Positions 35,548 to 45,662 of a stretch of DNA of 64,000 nt are shown in pieces. The notes below the pieces were generated by a model. It made no database searches, was not told the DNA's origin, and saw nothing but the letters and a program-made list of their open reading frames with translations. Position 1 is the first letter of the stretch. Each line of letters starts with the position of its first letter. The stretch lies in the IMG/VR virus record IMGVR_UViG_3300028025_000089. The stretch is one strand, 5' to 3'. The DNA is from a virus (lineage: Duplodnaviria; Caudoviricetes). The translations under genes and the position numbers were made by a program.

Positions 35548-35786
35548 TTTGATTTTGTTCGTTCAGAATATTCTTTATATAACAAATTATAAGTGTTTTC
35601 TAATTTATCTAAATGGTGTGTTAATTTAACTAAAGATTCTTTTGTTAAATTAAAATCTTCTTGGATAAAATCCATTGCTAGTTGTAAATCTTTGTTAGAT
35701 CTATCTTTATGTTCTCTAATTATGTCAAGAATTTCTTGAGACTTAATTTTTTTTTCGTTGATATTAAATGAATTTTCCATATGCAT
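35544..35786 (-). CDS. small coiled-coil protein
   Basis: ORF overlaps both neighbours in the operon. Confidence 0.6.
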   Translation of the reverse strand: MHMENSFNINEKKIKSQEILDIIREHKDRSNKDLQLAMDFIQEDFNLTKESLVKLTHHLDKLENTYNLLYKEYSERTKSK

Positions 35787-37689
35787 CTGTTGGTATTGTT
35801 ATTCCTGCTGGAGTTATGGTTATTGGACCAATTCCAATCGCAACTTTTCCATTTTCATCCATTTCTTTGGCGTTACCATCAATCATCGCTTTTATTGATG
35901 CCAAAAATTTATTTGGACTACCGTCTGGCATTGGTCCTGTTGGGATACCTAATTCTTCTAAATTTTGAATTGTGTTTAAAAAAGATCTGGTTGGTGAATA
36001 TCCATCTAAAAGTCTTGCGGATAATAAAAGTGGAAGTGGTAATTCACCGCCCGCCGCTGATAATGCATCCAATCGTTTTCTAACGCCAATATTTAATAGT
36101 TGTAATAATTCATCCAACACACTTTTACATTCTCTAAAATCTTTAACAATTTGTGTCAAAGCCGGAATTATAGCAACTATCGATAAAATTATTCTGTATT
36201 TCTTTTTTGTTTTTTCATCTGCAATATCCTTTAGAAGTAATGCGACTAAAACTTTAATTTCTTTTTTTAATTCATTAAATACTGCTTTAGTGAACATCGC
36301 CGCAATTTTAGTTAAAAGTTCGTTGAAAAAGTTTTTAAATCTTTTTAAAAAATCTTCTAAATTAGATATTTGATCAAATATTGGTTGATTTACCATACCA
36401 GCAACAATCATTATAGGTAATACTGTTTTAGGTGATAAAACCGTATTTATAATTGCCTTAATAAATTGTTGGAAAAACCCTGCATCAACAGATAACTTAA
36501 AAGTTGGGTCTTCATCAATGACAGGATATATAATACCTAAAGCGTCATTTATTTCATTAACATCAGAAGTATCTTCATTAAATTGTAAATTGTCTAAAGC
36601 GGTTAAAACAGCATCTAAATTCATTGGGACTTTTACATTATCACAATCTTCAAATTCTAAAACACCTAATTTTATGTCTGAAGTAATTTGATCAATTATT
36701 CTTAAATCAACATCGTTAAATTCATAAAACGATTCATCAACATTATCAACTTCAGAAACTTTTGATGTCCCTCCGACATTTATTTCTTTATTAGAATCCG
36801 AACATAGACCTAATATTCTTTGCATTATTATTAAAGATTTTTGAATTGATGATAATTTTAATTTACCATCTCCTCTACCAAATGAAATTGATCCGGTGAC
36901 ATAATCAACCAAGTTGGTAAAAAATGTCTTATAATTTAATATATCAATAGTTCCATAATAATCATTTAAAAATTCATCAACTAATGCAATATTTTGTCTT
37001 GGTTTTAAATCTACTTTAAAAAAATTACCCTGTATTGTTTGAGCATTTTGGTCAACATAACTTTCAACATAAGTTATATCAAAAAGATTTTGTTGGGACA
37101 CCCCAATATAATCGTTCCCCGCCACCGACAAATAACTTTGATTTAAATTTTGTGTTCGATCATAAAGTTCTCTATTCATTGAGAAAGGAAAGGTTCCGTA
37201 TAATACGGGTTCTTGTTCAAAAAATAACTTCCCAATTTTATCTGTAGGTGACGATTCAAAAATCCCAAAAAGATCCACAGATTTTACAGGAATATAATAA
37301 GTTGTATTAAATTGATAATCTTGTAAATTACTACACGCAAGAGATTTTTGAACCTCTTCTATTATAAGATTTTTTATTTCAGGTTTAGTTTTTTTTAAAG
37401 AATTAACAAAAATTCTTTTTATTAACGTATCAGTTTCTAAACCAGAACCCTTCAATTCTTTGAGTTGTGTAATTAACTCATCTAAAAAAGTTTTAGGATT
37501 TGTGGTGTGTTTTTTTCTGTATTTAACAAAATCACTTAATTGATTTGATAAAAATTTGTTTGCAGTTTCTTGCGAATCACCGGCCTTTTTCTTAAGTTCA
37601 TCATAGTCCTGCTTATATTGTTTATATTTTTTATAAACATTTGTTTTATTAGCCGCTTTTTTTAAATCTTCATTAATATCAACTGCCAT
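35764..37689 (-). CDS. large hypothetical structural protein
   Basis: 641-aa ORF in the baseplate operon. Confidence 0.65.
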   Translation of the reverse strand: MAVDINEDLKKAANKTNVYKKYKQYKQDYDELKKKAGDSQETANKFLSNQLSDFVKYRKKHTTNPKTFLDELITQLKELKGSGLETDTLIKRIFVNSLKKTKPEIKNLIIEEVQKSLACSNLQDYQFNTTYYIPVKSVDLFGIFESSPTDKIGKLFFEQEPVLYGTFPFSMNRELYDRTQNLNQSYLSVAGNDYIGVSQQNLFDITYVESYVDQNAQTIQGNFFKVDLKPRQNIALVDEFLNDYYGTIDILNYKTFFTNLVDYVTGSISFGRGDGKLKLSSIQKSLIIMQRILGLCSDSNKEINVGGTSKVSEVDNVDESFYEFNDVDLRIIDQITSDIKLGVLEFEDCDNVKVPMNLDAVLTALDNLQFNEDTSDVNEINDALGIIYPVIDEDPTFKLSVDAGFFQQFIKAIINTVLSPKTVLPIMIVAGMVNQPIFDQISNLEDFLKRFKNFFNELLTKIAAMFTKAVFNELKKEIKVLVALLLKDIADEKTKKKYRIILSIVAIIPALTQIVKDFRECKSVLDELLQLLNIGVRKRLDALSAAGGELPLPLLLSARLLDGYSPTRSFLNTIQNLEELGIPTGPMPDGSPNKFLASIKAMIDGNAKEMDENGKVAIGIGPITITPAGITIPTDAYGKFI

Positions 37690-37695
37690 AATAAA

Positions 37696-38067
37696 TTATT
37701 TTTTCATTTTATATGAACCATCACTACTAATGTCTTTTTTTAATAAATTTTGAAATGTTTCGTCATCTAAATCTAAGTCTGAAAGAGTGAAATCTTCTTC
37801 TTTTTCTGTATTTTTTTGCCACATAGTAGATTGTAGTTTAGATAATGTTAATTTTTTCTCAACACAATCGTTAATAATTTTTTGTTGTTTTTCAATAACA
37901 GGACCAATAAGAGTCATATCTTCAGGTTCTTTCATCATTGTCAACATTTTATTTTGGATTCTAATTGCTGTATTTCTTTGTTCAACAAGTTCGTTATAGA
38001 TTTCTTGCATCAAAGACAACATGGATTCTTTGGATAAGTTAATTTCTTTTTTTGGTGGTCTTGGCAT
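37696..38067 (-). CDS. conserved hypothetical protein
   Basis: 123 aa, coiled coil; late motif at 38072. Confidence 0.65.
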   Translation of the reverse strand: MPRPPKKEINLSKESMLSLMQEIYNELVEQRNTAIRIQNKMLTMMKEPEDMTLIGPVIEKQQKIINDCVEKKLTLSKLQSTMWQKNTEKEEDFTLSDLDLDDETFQNLLKKDISSDGSYKMKK

Positions 38068-38079
38068 AATATATAAATA

Positions 38080-38823
38080 TTAGTTTTTAAGTAATTCTTG
38101 AACTAACTCAAAATACAACTTTTTATATTTTTTAATTGAATTTCTAATTTCTTTAGTGGATAGATTAGTCATCTCCCTAAGTTCAAATAAAATAATATTT
38201 TTGTTAAATTTGTTATTATTTGTGTCAGGAAATATAGTTCCATAATTCTCAAACAAATCACAAATTGCAGATCCTAATTTATGTTCTTGTTCATTACATT
38301 CACTATCATCAAGATCTTGTTTTAGTTTTTCTAAAAACTTTTTGATTACATATTCAGAACTCAAATCGTCATTATCAATTACGTATGACATTTCAGTTCT
38401 ATTAGTAAGATCTGAAGAAATATCTTCATAAGAAATCTTTCGGTTCATTTCCTTTTGGTCTTTCATAATCTGACCCATAAGGTAATTTTTACAAATAGTC
38501 CCTAAGTATGAATACGCTTTCTTTTCTTTTGAAGGTTTAAATTTTTCAATCTTCGTCATCAAAAACGAATGAGTGTCGATATGTATTTCTTCATAATCCA
38601 TATCTTTTCTATATAATTTATATCTTCTAATGATAGAAGATATCATCTTATCTAAAGGATCTTTTAAAAACTCATTATATATTTTGTTACGTTCTTCAAA
38701 AGTTTCGGCCGTAAGAAAGTTTCTCACGGCCTCTTCTTCTCTTACATCAAAATAATTGTTAGTTGTTGGTTTACGTCCTTTCTTTTTCTTTTCTACCGAT
38801 ATTTCTTCACCACTCCCTAACAT
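38080..38823 (-). CDS. phage RNA polymerase sigma-like factor (candidate late sigma)
   Basis: Region-2-like segment ..FLMTKIEKFKPSKEKKAYSYLGTICKNYL and a C-terminal HTH-like segment LREMTNLSTKEIR. Confidence 0.65.
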   Translation of the reverse strand: MLGSGEEISVEKKKKGRKPTTNNYFDVREEEAVRNFLTAETFEERNKIYNEFLKDPLDKMISSIIRRYKLYRKDMDYEEIHIDTHSFLMTKIEKFKPSKEKKAYSYLGTICKNYLMGQIMKDQKEMNRKISYEDISSDLTNRTEMSYVIDNDDLSSEYVIKKFLEKLKQDLDDSECNEQEHKLGSAICDLFENYGTIFPDTNNNKFNKNIILFELREMTNLSTKEIRNSIKKYKKLYFELVQELLKN

Positions 38824-39629
38824 TAAATTTCTTGGGGTTCGTAATTTATATCCCTCTCATTTGTGAAGAAATATTCTTTTTTTGCAGTGTCGATCCAAAA
38901 TTTTGCTTCATCTTGCGTGATTCTATTGTCACCATTTTTGTAATTCCAAAAAATAGATCCTTCTCTTAAATTCATATGTTTGTATCCAATTCTTGGAATT
39001 GTCATAATTTTTGCTGAATTATGGGTCAAACGTAAGAATAATTCATAACCAAAAGTAAGTCTCAAATTAGATTTAAATCCACCCACTTCTAAAAATTTTT
39101 CTTTTCTGAAAACCATACCTGATGTTTGGAAATTTTGGAAGGTTTGTAAAGTTTCATTTGTTAGAATACCCATTTCAGTTGAAATGTTTTGTGCAAATGT
39201 TGCTTCATTTGTAAATCCTGCAAATACCATTTTACTATCAATGTCAACAACAATCGGAAGGAATGCGTCAACATTTTTGTAAATATCCATATAGTTAATG
39301 GCATTTTTAAACCAAATATTTGAATATTCATCGTCAAATTCTAAAATTGAACACCAATTAGAATTTGCAATTGACACTCCGTGATTAACTTGTTTTCCAA
39401 AATTTGGTTCTTCAGACCAACTTTCTAAAACTACATTTAAATCACCAAAATCGTATGAAGTTAAATGTGATGTTAAATAATCTTCTGAACCATGAACAAT
39501 GATTAATTCATTAACATAGTCTTTTTGATTTTTAACTGATTGAATAGCCTTGTCAAAAAAATCAACAAAACTGATCGCTTTTCCTGATTTGATTGGTAAT
39601 ATAACCGATACTTTATTTTCTGTGTTCAT
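38823..39629 (-). CDS. GT2-like glycosyltransferase
   Basis: VSVILP N-terminus; ILEFDDEY acidic motif. Confidence 0.75.
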   Translation of the reverse strand: MNTENKVSVILPIKSGKAISFVDFFDKAIQSVKNQKDYVNELIIVHGSEDYLTSHLTSYDFGDLNVVLESWSEEPNFGKQVNHGVSIANSNWCSILEFDDEYSNIWFKNAINYMDIYKNVDAFLPIVVDIDSKMVFAGFTNEATFAQNISTEMGILTNETLQTFQNFQTSGMVFRKEKFLEVGGFKSNLRLTFGYELFLRLTHNSAKIMTIPRIGYKHMNLREGSIFWNYKNGDNRITQDEAKFWIDTAKKEYFFTNERDINYEPQEI

Positions 39630-39631
39630 AA

Positions 39632-40690
39632 TTAAATAGTTTCAAATTTTGATAGTTGATCTTCAAATGAAGTGATTCTTTTTTCAAAAATGTCACCAAA
39701 TAAACTTAAAGTTTCATTTTCAAATTTTTCTTTATTACTAATTGTTTCGAGTGTTAGATTCATTCTATCAAACAATTCAGGATTTAAATTGTCTTCTAAC
39801 CAATTTTGAATGAAATCAGATAAAACATCTACAATAATTGTTTTGTTGTTCACCCAAAGTCCATTATCTTCATTCATCCAAGAAGGAACAACATCAGGAA
39901 CTAAACCTAATACAGGGATTCCCATTTTCATTGATTCTAATGGGAAAGTCCCAAATGAACTTGTTTGGTCAATCCAAATTGAAATAAAACTATCTTTCAT
40001 TGCTTCGGCAAACTCGTTTTCACTTAAACCTCTAAGGTCTCTAAACGTAATCCATCTATATTGTGGAAACTTTACGTAAAAACTTTTGATAAGATTTGAG
40101 GTGTCTCTTTGATCTCTTGTATGGATATTAATAATTGTTTTTGGTGGGTATTCATTCTTTTGAAAAACATCAGAAATATAAGGAGCCACAACATCTACTG
40201 TAACATTTCTCATTACAGATTGGATTAGTTCTTTTTGTTTTTCTGAAGTTGTAATACATTTGTAAAACCCTAATTGTGTCCAAGATTGGCCAGGTTGTAA
40301 AGTTTCAAATATATGATCAAAGGCTTGACTTAAAACAATTTTACCACATGGTAATTTAGTGATTTGATCCATAACAAATCCGTAAATTTCAGGGATAATA
40401 ATTAAATCATCAGGTGAAATTTCTAAACTTGTTCCTTCGATTGCGCGATGTTCTAACTCAGTCATATATTCTTCACTCAACCATGACGATACTCCAAAGT
40501 ATTCAGGTTTTTCATGTAAAATAATTGCGTTATATCCATTTCTTTTTAATGTTAATGCCATTTGGTAAATGTATCTAACAGATGCCTTGGCGTTTCCTTT
40601 TGTGTCTTGAACCATAAAATAAATTCTTGAAAGTTTTTCTTTCATTCTATTTATGGACAGTTCTAATTTTTCGTGATTGTCGTTGTTCAT
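39632..40690 (-). CDS. GT-B (GT4-like) glycosyltransferase
   Basis: SFGTFPLESMKMGIPV matches the E-x7 GT4 signature. Confidence 0.7.
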   Translation of the reverse strand: MNNDNHEKLELSINRMKEKLSRIYFMVQDTKGNAKASVRYIYQMALTLKRNGYNAIILHEKPEYFGVSSWLSEEYMTELEHRAIEGTSLEISPDDLIIIPEIYGFVMDQITKLPCGKIVLSQAFDHIFETLQPGQSWTQLGFYKCITTSEKQKELIQSVMRNVTVDVVAPYISDVFQKNEYPPKTIINIHTRDQRDTSNLIKSFYVKFPQYRWITFRDLRGLSENEFAEAMKDSFISIWIDQTSSFGTFPLESMKMGIPVLGLVPDVVPSWMNEDNGLWVNNKTIIVDVLSDFIQNWLEDNLNPELFDRMNLTLETISNKEKFENETLSLFGDIFEKRITSFEDQLSKFETI

Positions 40691-40696
40691 ATCCTA

Positions 40697-40954
40697 TTAT
40701 ATTTTGTTTATTATGTTTTTTACTCTTAAACTATTAAAAGAAATTTTAAATGGTATTGTTAGTTCACTATTATTAGGACCTAACTTTTCATCAACAGGTT
40801 CAATTTCCGTTAAAATGGTGTCAACCATCATTTTAACCATTTCATACTTAACTAAATGGATTTGAGACTCTCCCGAAGAACTTGTCATTTCCACTTCTTT
40901 TTCAACTTTATCCAAATCGATGTAGTAGTTTTCACCAAAAAGACTAAACAGCAT
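40697..40954 (-). CDS. small hypothetical protein
   Basis: 85 aa, in operon. Confidence 0.6.
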   Translation of the reverse strand: MLFSLFGENYYIDLDKVEKEVEMTSSSGESQIHLVKYEMVKMMVDTILTEIEPVDEKLGPNNSELTIPFKISFNSLRVKNIINKI

Positions 40955-41606
40955 TATGTTTTAAATTTTTAATTATTTCTTGAAACTCAGAAAGTGAAGA
41001 TATTTCGAGTTCTGAAGAAATGTGTTTATTGTATGTGGTATTATATTTTACAACAATTTTATCCACAGGTTTATTTAATAATAAGTCAGGGTTCGCTGTA
41101 AGTAAAATGTCTATTTGATCCCACATGTTATTTTTGGTAATTTCACTAAAAAAAACAACCTTTTCTAAAAGACAACCAAATTTTGATAAAAAGAAAAGTG
41201 ATGAAGGCTTGGATTTCCCAATTTCATTGGAAACAATGATAAGTTCGTTTTTTTCTCTTAATTCAAAATATAGATCGTTTAAAATGTTAAAAGTTGTCAT
41301 TTCTGTTGATGGTGCATGACCAAATAATTCCATGGCATATTCTTCATACATAAAACTAAAAAGTTCTTCATTAGTTTTAAATGAAAAATGTTTTATTAGA
41401 TCAAGACTGGATACATCAGATATTTTTTTATATTCAAACGTTTCTTCAATAGATTCTATCATTTCGGTATTTCCTGACATATCAAGTTCATATGTCTGAC
41501 CTAAAAAATCGTCTTCACTTTTTTCAATTAAATGTTTTTCATAAAGTTGTTCAAATTTTCCAATAGTGTCTCTTAACACACCATTAATATCAAGCCCTAT
41601 TCTCAT
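40944..41606 (-). CDS. HAD-like 5'(3')-nucleotidase family protein
   Basis: MRIGLDINGVLRD, a variant of HAD motif I. The start is probably the ATG at 41609 or 41606 rather than 41669. Confidence 0.6.
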   Translation of the reverse strand: MRIGLDINGVLRDTIGKFEQLYEKHLIEKSEDDFLGQTYELDMSGNTEMIESIEETFEYKKISDVSSLDLIKHFSFKTNEELFSFMYEEYAMELFGHAPSTEMTTFNILNDLYFELREKNELIIVSNEIGKSKPSSLFFLSKFGCLLEKVVFFSEITKNNMWDQIDILLTANPDLLLNKPVDKIVVKYNTTYNKHISSELEISSLSEFQEIIKNLKHNAV

Positions 41607-42324
41607 CATATTTTTGTAAAATTTTAGAAATAAGTGGATTTCTAACCACGTCTTTATCATTGAACTCAAAAGTCCCTATGTCATTTATAAAGTTAAACCT
41701 TGTTATTGCATCGTAAAGACCTGATTGTTTTTTATCCTTATACCTATCGGTTTGTTCTAAATCTCCTGATATGAAAAATTTTGAGTTAGATCCGATTCTT
41801 GTTAAAAGAAGTTTCATTTGATTTGGAGTGGAATTCTGAGCTTCCTCAAAAATTAATATCGAATTGTCGATGTTCATTCCTCTCATATAAGCCAAAGCAA
41901 AAACTTCAATAATTTCGGCGTCTTTTAATTTTTCTTTTGCGTCTTTACCAATCAATTTGTTCAGTAAGTAATAAGATGGGAAAATATACGGATCTAATTT
42001 TTCTTCTAAATTTCCTGGTAATGATCCTAATTTTTCTTCTGCCTCAACTGCCGGTCTAACAATGATAATTTTTTCATAACCATTTCCAGGTTCCATTAAA
42101 AGATCTACAGCCGCTTTCATTGCTATATAACTTTTACCAACACCAGCGGGTCCTGAACATATTGTAATTTGGTTTGATACTAAAATGTTGTAATATTCTT
42201 TTTGATTTTCGGTTAAAAACTTACTTCTTTGTTTTTTCTTTATTACTGTGTTTATGAAATCTTTTTTTGATTGTGGGTTGTTGAAGGATTCTTCGTTTTG
42301 GATTGGTGTTTTTTTTCTTACCAT
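41590..42324 (-). CDS. phoH: PhoH-family ATPase
   Basis: GPAGVGKS, RPAVEA.EKLG.LPG, RG.NI, EAQN, SGD motifs. Confidence 0.93.
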   Translation of the reverse strand: MVRKKTPIQNEESFNNPQSKKDFINTVIKKKQRSKFLTENQKEYYNILVSNQITICSGPAGVGKSYIAMKAAVDLLMEPGNGYEKIIIVRPAVEAEEKLGSLPGNLEEKLDPYIFPSYYLLNKLIGKDAKEKLKDAEIIEVFALAYMRGMNIDNSILIFEEAQNSTPNQMKLLLTRIGSNSKFFISGDLEQTDRYKDKKQSGLYDAITRFNFINDIGTFEFNDKDVVRNPLISKILQKYDENRA

Positions 42325-42325
42325 T

Positions 42326-42769
42326 TTAGTTTTTTAAAAATCTTTTATTTGATTCTTGAGTATAAATTTTTTCTCTCAAGTTTGTTGTTGAAAAATCATG
42401 ATCCCGTTTATTATAAACAAGTTTGATTCCTCTTTTAAGACATAAATCTTTTGCCGTAAAATTTTTGTCTTTATATTCTTCACCTAAAATTCGCACATTT
42501 AAGTCCAATGAAGAAAATATCATTAGTAATTCATCTTCGGTTGTGTAAGGTATTATTTTATCAACGTATTGGACTGCATCTAATTGGATATACCTTTCAA
42601 CTAAAGATTGAATTGGTTTGTTTTTTTCAGTTCTATCTATCGATGGGTCGACTTGAAGTGCACAAATTAAATAATCACAATATTTTTTACATTCCTCCAA
42701 CATTAGAATGTGGCCCGCATGTAGTAGATCAAATGTTGAGCAAGTAATTCCTATAGTTTTTTTATCCAT
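42326..42769 (-). CDS. cytidylyltransferase (TagD/RfaE-like, HIGH family)
   Basis: FDLLHAGH, ER..QL.AV.YVD, STT motifs. Confidence 0.88.
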   Translation of the reverse strand: MDKKTIGITCSTFDLLHAGHILMLEECKKYCDYLICALQVDPSIDRTEKNKPIQSLVERYIQLDAVQYVDKIIPYTTEDELLMIFSSLDLNVRILGEEYKDKNFTAKDLCLKRGIKLVYNKRDHDFSTTNLREKIYTQESNKRFLKN

Positions 42770-42772
42770 AAT

Positions 42773-43747
42773 TTATTTTTTAAAGTGATTAATCCAAAAT
42801 TCAATCATTTCATCTAACATCATTTCAAAAGTATATTCAGGTTCCCAACCTAATTGAGTTCTTATTTTTGTTGAGTCACCTTTTAAATAATCAAGTTCTT
42901 CCGGTCTTGTAAATTTGTGGTGTTGAGTCACATATTTTGTATAATCTAAATCTAATTTTTTAAAAACATACTCAACCATATCTCTAACTGAATGAGTAAC
43001 CATTGTGGACACAACAAAATCATCAGGGGCATCATTGTTAATGATTAAGTGCATTGCTTTTATATAATCTTTTGAATGACCCCAATCTCGATAAGAATCC
43101 AAATTACCTAATACTAATTCATTCTTTAGACCTAATTTAATTTCAACTGCGGTTTTTACCACTTTATTTGTAACAAAATTAGATCCTCTTCTTGGTGATT
43201 CGTGATTAAATAAAATACCATTAGATGCGTGTAATTTATATGCATTTCTGTAATTTCTTACAATGTTATATCCAAACACTTTTGAACACCCATAAGGTGA
43301 CACTGGATTCATTATGGTAGTTTCTCTTTGAAATCCGTCCTCATCTACCGAACTACCAAACATTTCGGAAGAGCTTGCTTGATAAAATCTTGCCTTTGGA
43401 CAACATCTTCGATATGCCTCTAAAATATTAATAACACCAATTGCGTTAGTCTGAACTGTAAATTGAGGAATGTCGTAACTTATTCTAACATGACTTTGAG
43501 CCGCTAAATTGTATATTTCGTCTGGTTGAATGTCGTTTAATAATCTTTCCAAACTACCTTGATCTAAAAGATCTCCATAATAAATGTTTAAATTATTTCT
43601 AATTTCGTCAGTTATTCTACTTTGTTGATTTTCAGGAACTGAATTTCTACGGATAATACCATGCACTTCATAACCCAATTCTAACAGGTATTCTGCCAAA
43701 TAAGATCCGTCCTGTCCGTTTATACCTGTAATAAATGCTTTTTTCAT
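42773..43747 (-). CDS. gmd: GDP-mannose 4,6-dehydratase
   Basis: ITGINGQDGSYLAE, YNLAAQSHV, YQASSSEMFG, SPYGCSK, FNHESPRRG, RDWGH. Confidence 0.97.
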   Translation of the reverse strand: MKKAFITGINGQDGSYLAEYLLELGYEVHGIIRRNSVPENQQSRITDEIRNNLNIYYGDLLDQGSLERLLNDIQPDEIYNLAAQSHVRISYDIPQFTVQTNAIGVINILEAYRRCCPKARFYQASSSEMFGSSVDEDGFQRETTIMNPVSPYGCSKVFGYNIVRNYRNAYKLHASNGILFNHESPRRGSNFVTNKVVKTAVEIKLGLKNELVLGNLDSYRDWGHSKDYIKAMHLIINNDAPDDFVVSTMVTHSVRDMVEYVFKKLDLDYTKYVTQHHKFTRPEELDYLKGDSTKIRTQLGWEPEYTFEMMLDEMIEFWINHFKK

Positions 43748-43760
43748 TGTTTTTTATTTG

Positions 43761-44360
43761 TTATTTATTAAAAATTTTCATTTCTGTTAAGTCTGGCCAA
43801 TCTGTTACGGACCATTTTTTTGGTGGTGTATTGATAGCGTTTTCTAATTTATCTAACCCTAATTGTGCAGTTTCAGGAGTCATATAATAATGAAAACCAA
43901 TCGTATCAATATTTTGGTCTCTCCATGGCACATTAGGTAGTCTACCATCATAAGACATTTTTTTTAAGTTTAAATAATCTTCTTCATTATCAAGTAAAAT
44001 TACACCCCCTCTACCTAAAGATAGGTGTTTTTGATACTGAAAACTGATACACATGAATGTATTGGGAATGTAACTATCTTTTCTCCATAAAACAGCGGCG
44101 TCAATAATTCTTCTTTCACCATAATTTAATGTATAATAGTCTTCCCAATTCTCATCTCTCCACTCTCGTTCTAAACCCATTTTTTCGGCTAAAAAAGGAA
44201 CGGATAAATAAGTCCTTTTTGGGACGTTTATTTTTGTTTCTTTGGTGTATCTTAAACACAACTCAATTCCGTGAGTGCAACTATCTACCGCAATTGCATA
44301 TTTAGATCCAAAAAATTTAGAAATTTGATCTTCAAAGTCAGATATTATTTCGAATGACAT
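43761..44360 (-). CDS. short DegT/DnrJ/EryC1/StrS-family PLP enzyme
   Basis: AVDSCTHG, IDAA, SFQYQKHL..GRGG; only 199 aa. Confidence 0.8.
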   Translation of the reverse strand: MSFEIISDFEDQISKFFGSKYAIAVDSCTHGIELCLRYTKETKINVPKRTYLSVPFLAEKMGLEREWRDENWEDYYTLNYGERRIIDAAVLWRKDSYIPNTFMCISFQYQKHLSLGRGGVILLDNEEDYLNLKKMSYDGRLPNVPWRDQNIDTIGFHYYMTPETAQLGLDKLENAINTPPKKWSVTDWPDLTEMKIFNK

Positions 44361-44435
44361 AATAAACTATTTTAATTTTTATTTACTATCAGTAGATGTT
44401 TTAAAAAATGTAACCCACCACAAACGGAAAGTCAA

Positions 44436-44969
44436 TTATTCATTATCGCGCTTCAATAGAAGCTCGTAATTTTCTAATATTTTTTTAGGATTAATTTTTT
44501 TTACAAGTTTTGCAGGATTCCCTTTGTAGACACCCCATTCTTCCGTGTCTCCCATTAATAAACTACCTGCGGTTAATAAAACACCTTTTCTTAAAATAGA
44601 ACCTGGTAATACAATCGCATTAGTCCCTATATTAGAAAACTCTTCCATAATAACGGGCTCAATTATTTGTTTACCTTTAAATTTTTTTGGGATCATTGCC
44701 CCAAATAAACCACTATCATCAAATCTATCACTACCACATATTATTCGTGATCCTGACATTATATTATTAAACCCTTTTGCTTCGAAATAAGCGGTATTAC
44801 CTCCTATTATAGTGACATAAGGGCTTATATGAACATAGTCCCCAATACTTATTTCAGTGGTGCAATACACTCCTTTATCTATTGACACATGATTACCAAT
44901 ATGTTTTGGTTTGTTTTTAAAAAAAACATCTTGATTGACAACCAAGTCTTTTTTCTTGTTAGATTTCAT
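44436..44969 (-). CDS. hexapeptide-repeat (LbH) acyltransferase
   Basis: IGNHVSI, IGDYVHI, IGTNAIVLPG, GNPAK. Confidence 0.85.
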   Translation of the reverse strand: MKSNKKKDLVVNQDVFFKNKPKHIGNHVSIDKGVYCTTEISIGDYVHISPYVTIIGGNTAYFEAKGFNNIMSGSRIICGSDRFDDSGLFGAMIPKKFKGKQIIEPVIMEEFSNIGTNAIVLPGSILRKGVLLTAGSLLMGDTEEWGVYKGNPAKLVKKINPKKILENYELLLKRDNE

Positions 44970-44978
44970 AAAATTTAA

Positions 44979-45659
44979 TTATGATTTAATTAGAATTCCT
45001 TGTCCTGTTGGGGAAGTGTATATTAAACAATTTTTTTCTTTGGCAAACTTGTCATGAGATTCTTTTTGATTTTGATGTCCAGGAAACCCATAATCATCAA
45101 ATATAATTATCCCGCCATTGACAACTTTGTCCCATATAAATTCTAAAGCTTCTTTTTCAGGTTTAACACAATTAAAATCAATAGACACAAAGGAAACTTT
45201 GTCTGTTTTAATTTCTTCTAATGTATCGGGAATATAACCTGGTATTATTACCATATTTTCAAACTTTTGGAATTTTTCTTTTACTTCTTCATACCAATTT
45301 CCATATTGTTGGTAGTTTCTTAATGCCGATAACTCTACGTCCAATAAATTTTCATTTTTTAAACCTTCAAAACTATCCAATAAGTAATATTTTTTATTTA
45401 TTTTTTCAAACTCCAAATATTCGTATATGGCGGATGAAAACAATCCAAAACCACCCCCAAATTCAACAAAGTCACCTTCTAATTTTGACGCATATTTTGC
45501 CGCCCAAATTAAAGTATGTATTCTCCATCTAATTGTGTATGCGTCTGAAATTAACCTATTATTTGCCGCCATAACACATTTTTGATATGCATTTATGAAT
45601 TTTGGATCATTCATAAATTCGGTACTTGCTAGAGTTGAAATTATATCTTCTTTATACAT
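44979..45659 (-). CDS. TylF/MycF-family O-methyltransferase
   Basis: GDFVEFG, DSFEGL, G...DTL, SID, GGIIIFDDY. Confidence 0.85.
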   Translation of the reverse strand: MYKEDIISTLASTEFMNDPKFINAYQKCVMAANNRLISDAYTIRWRIHTLIWAAKYASKLEGDFVEFGGGFGLFSSAIYEYLEFEKINKKYYLLDSFEGLKNENLLDVELSALRNYQQYGNWYEEVKEKFQKFENMVIIPGYIPDTLEEIKTDKVSFVSIDFNCVKPEKEALEFIWDKVVNGGIIIFDDYGFPGHQNQKESHDKFAKEKNCLIYTSPTGQGILIKS

Positions 45660-45662
45660 TTT

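Noticed and set aside
44361-44435. Short frames in the LbH-DegT gap (LTFRLWWVTFF..., IDFPFVVGYIF)
   Set aside because: There is no credible start or attenuator hairpin; the gap is too short to distinguish a leader peptide or gene remnant from chance.
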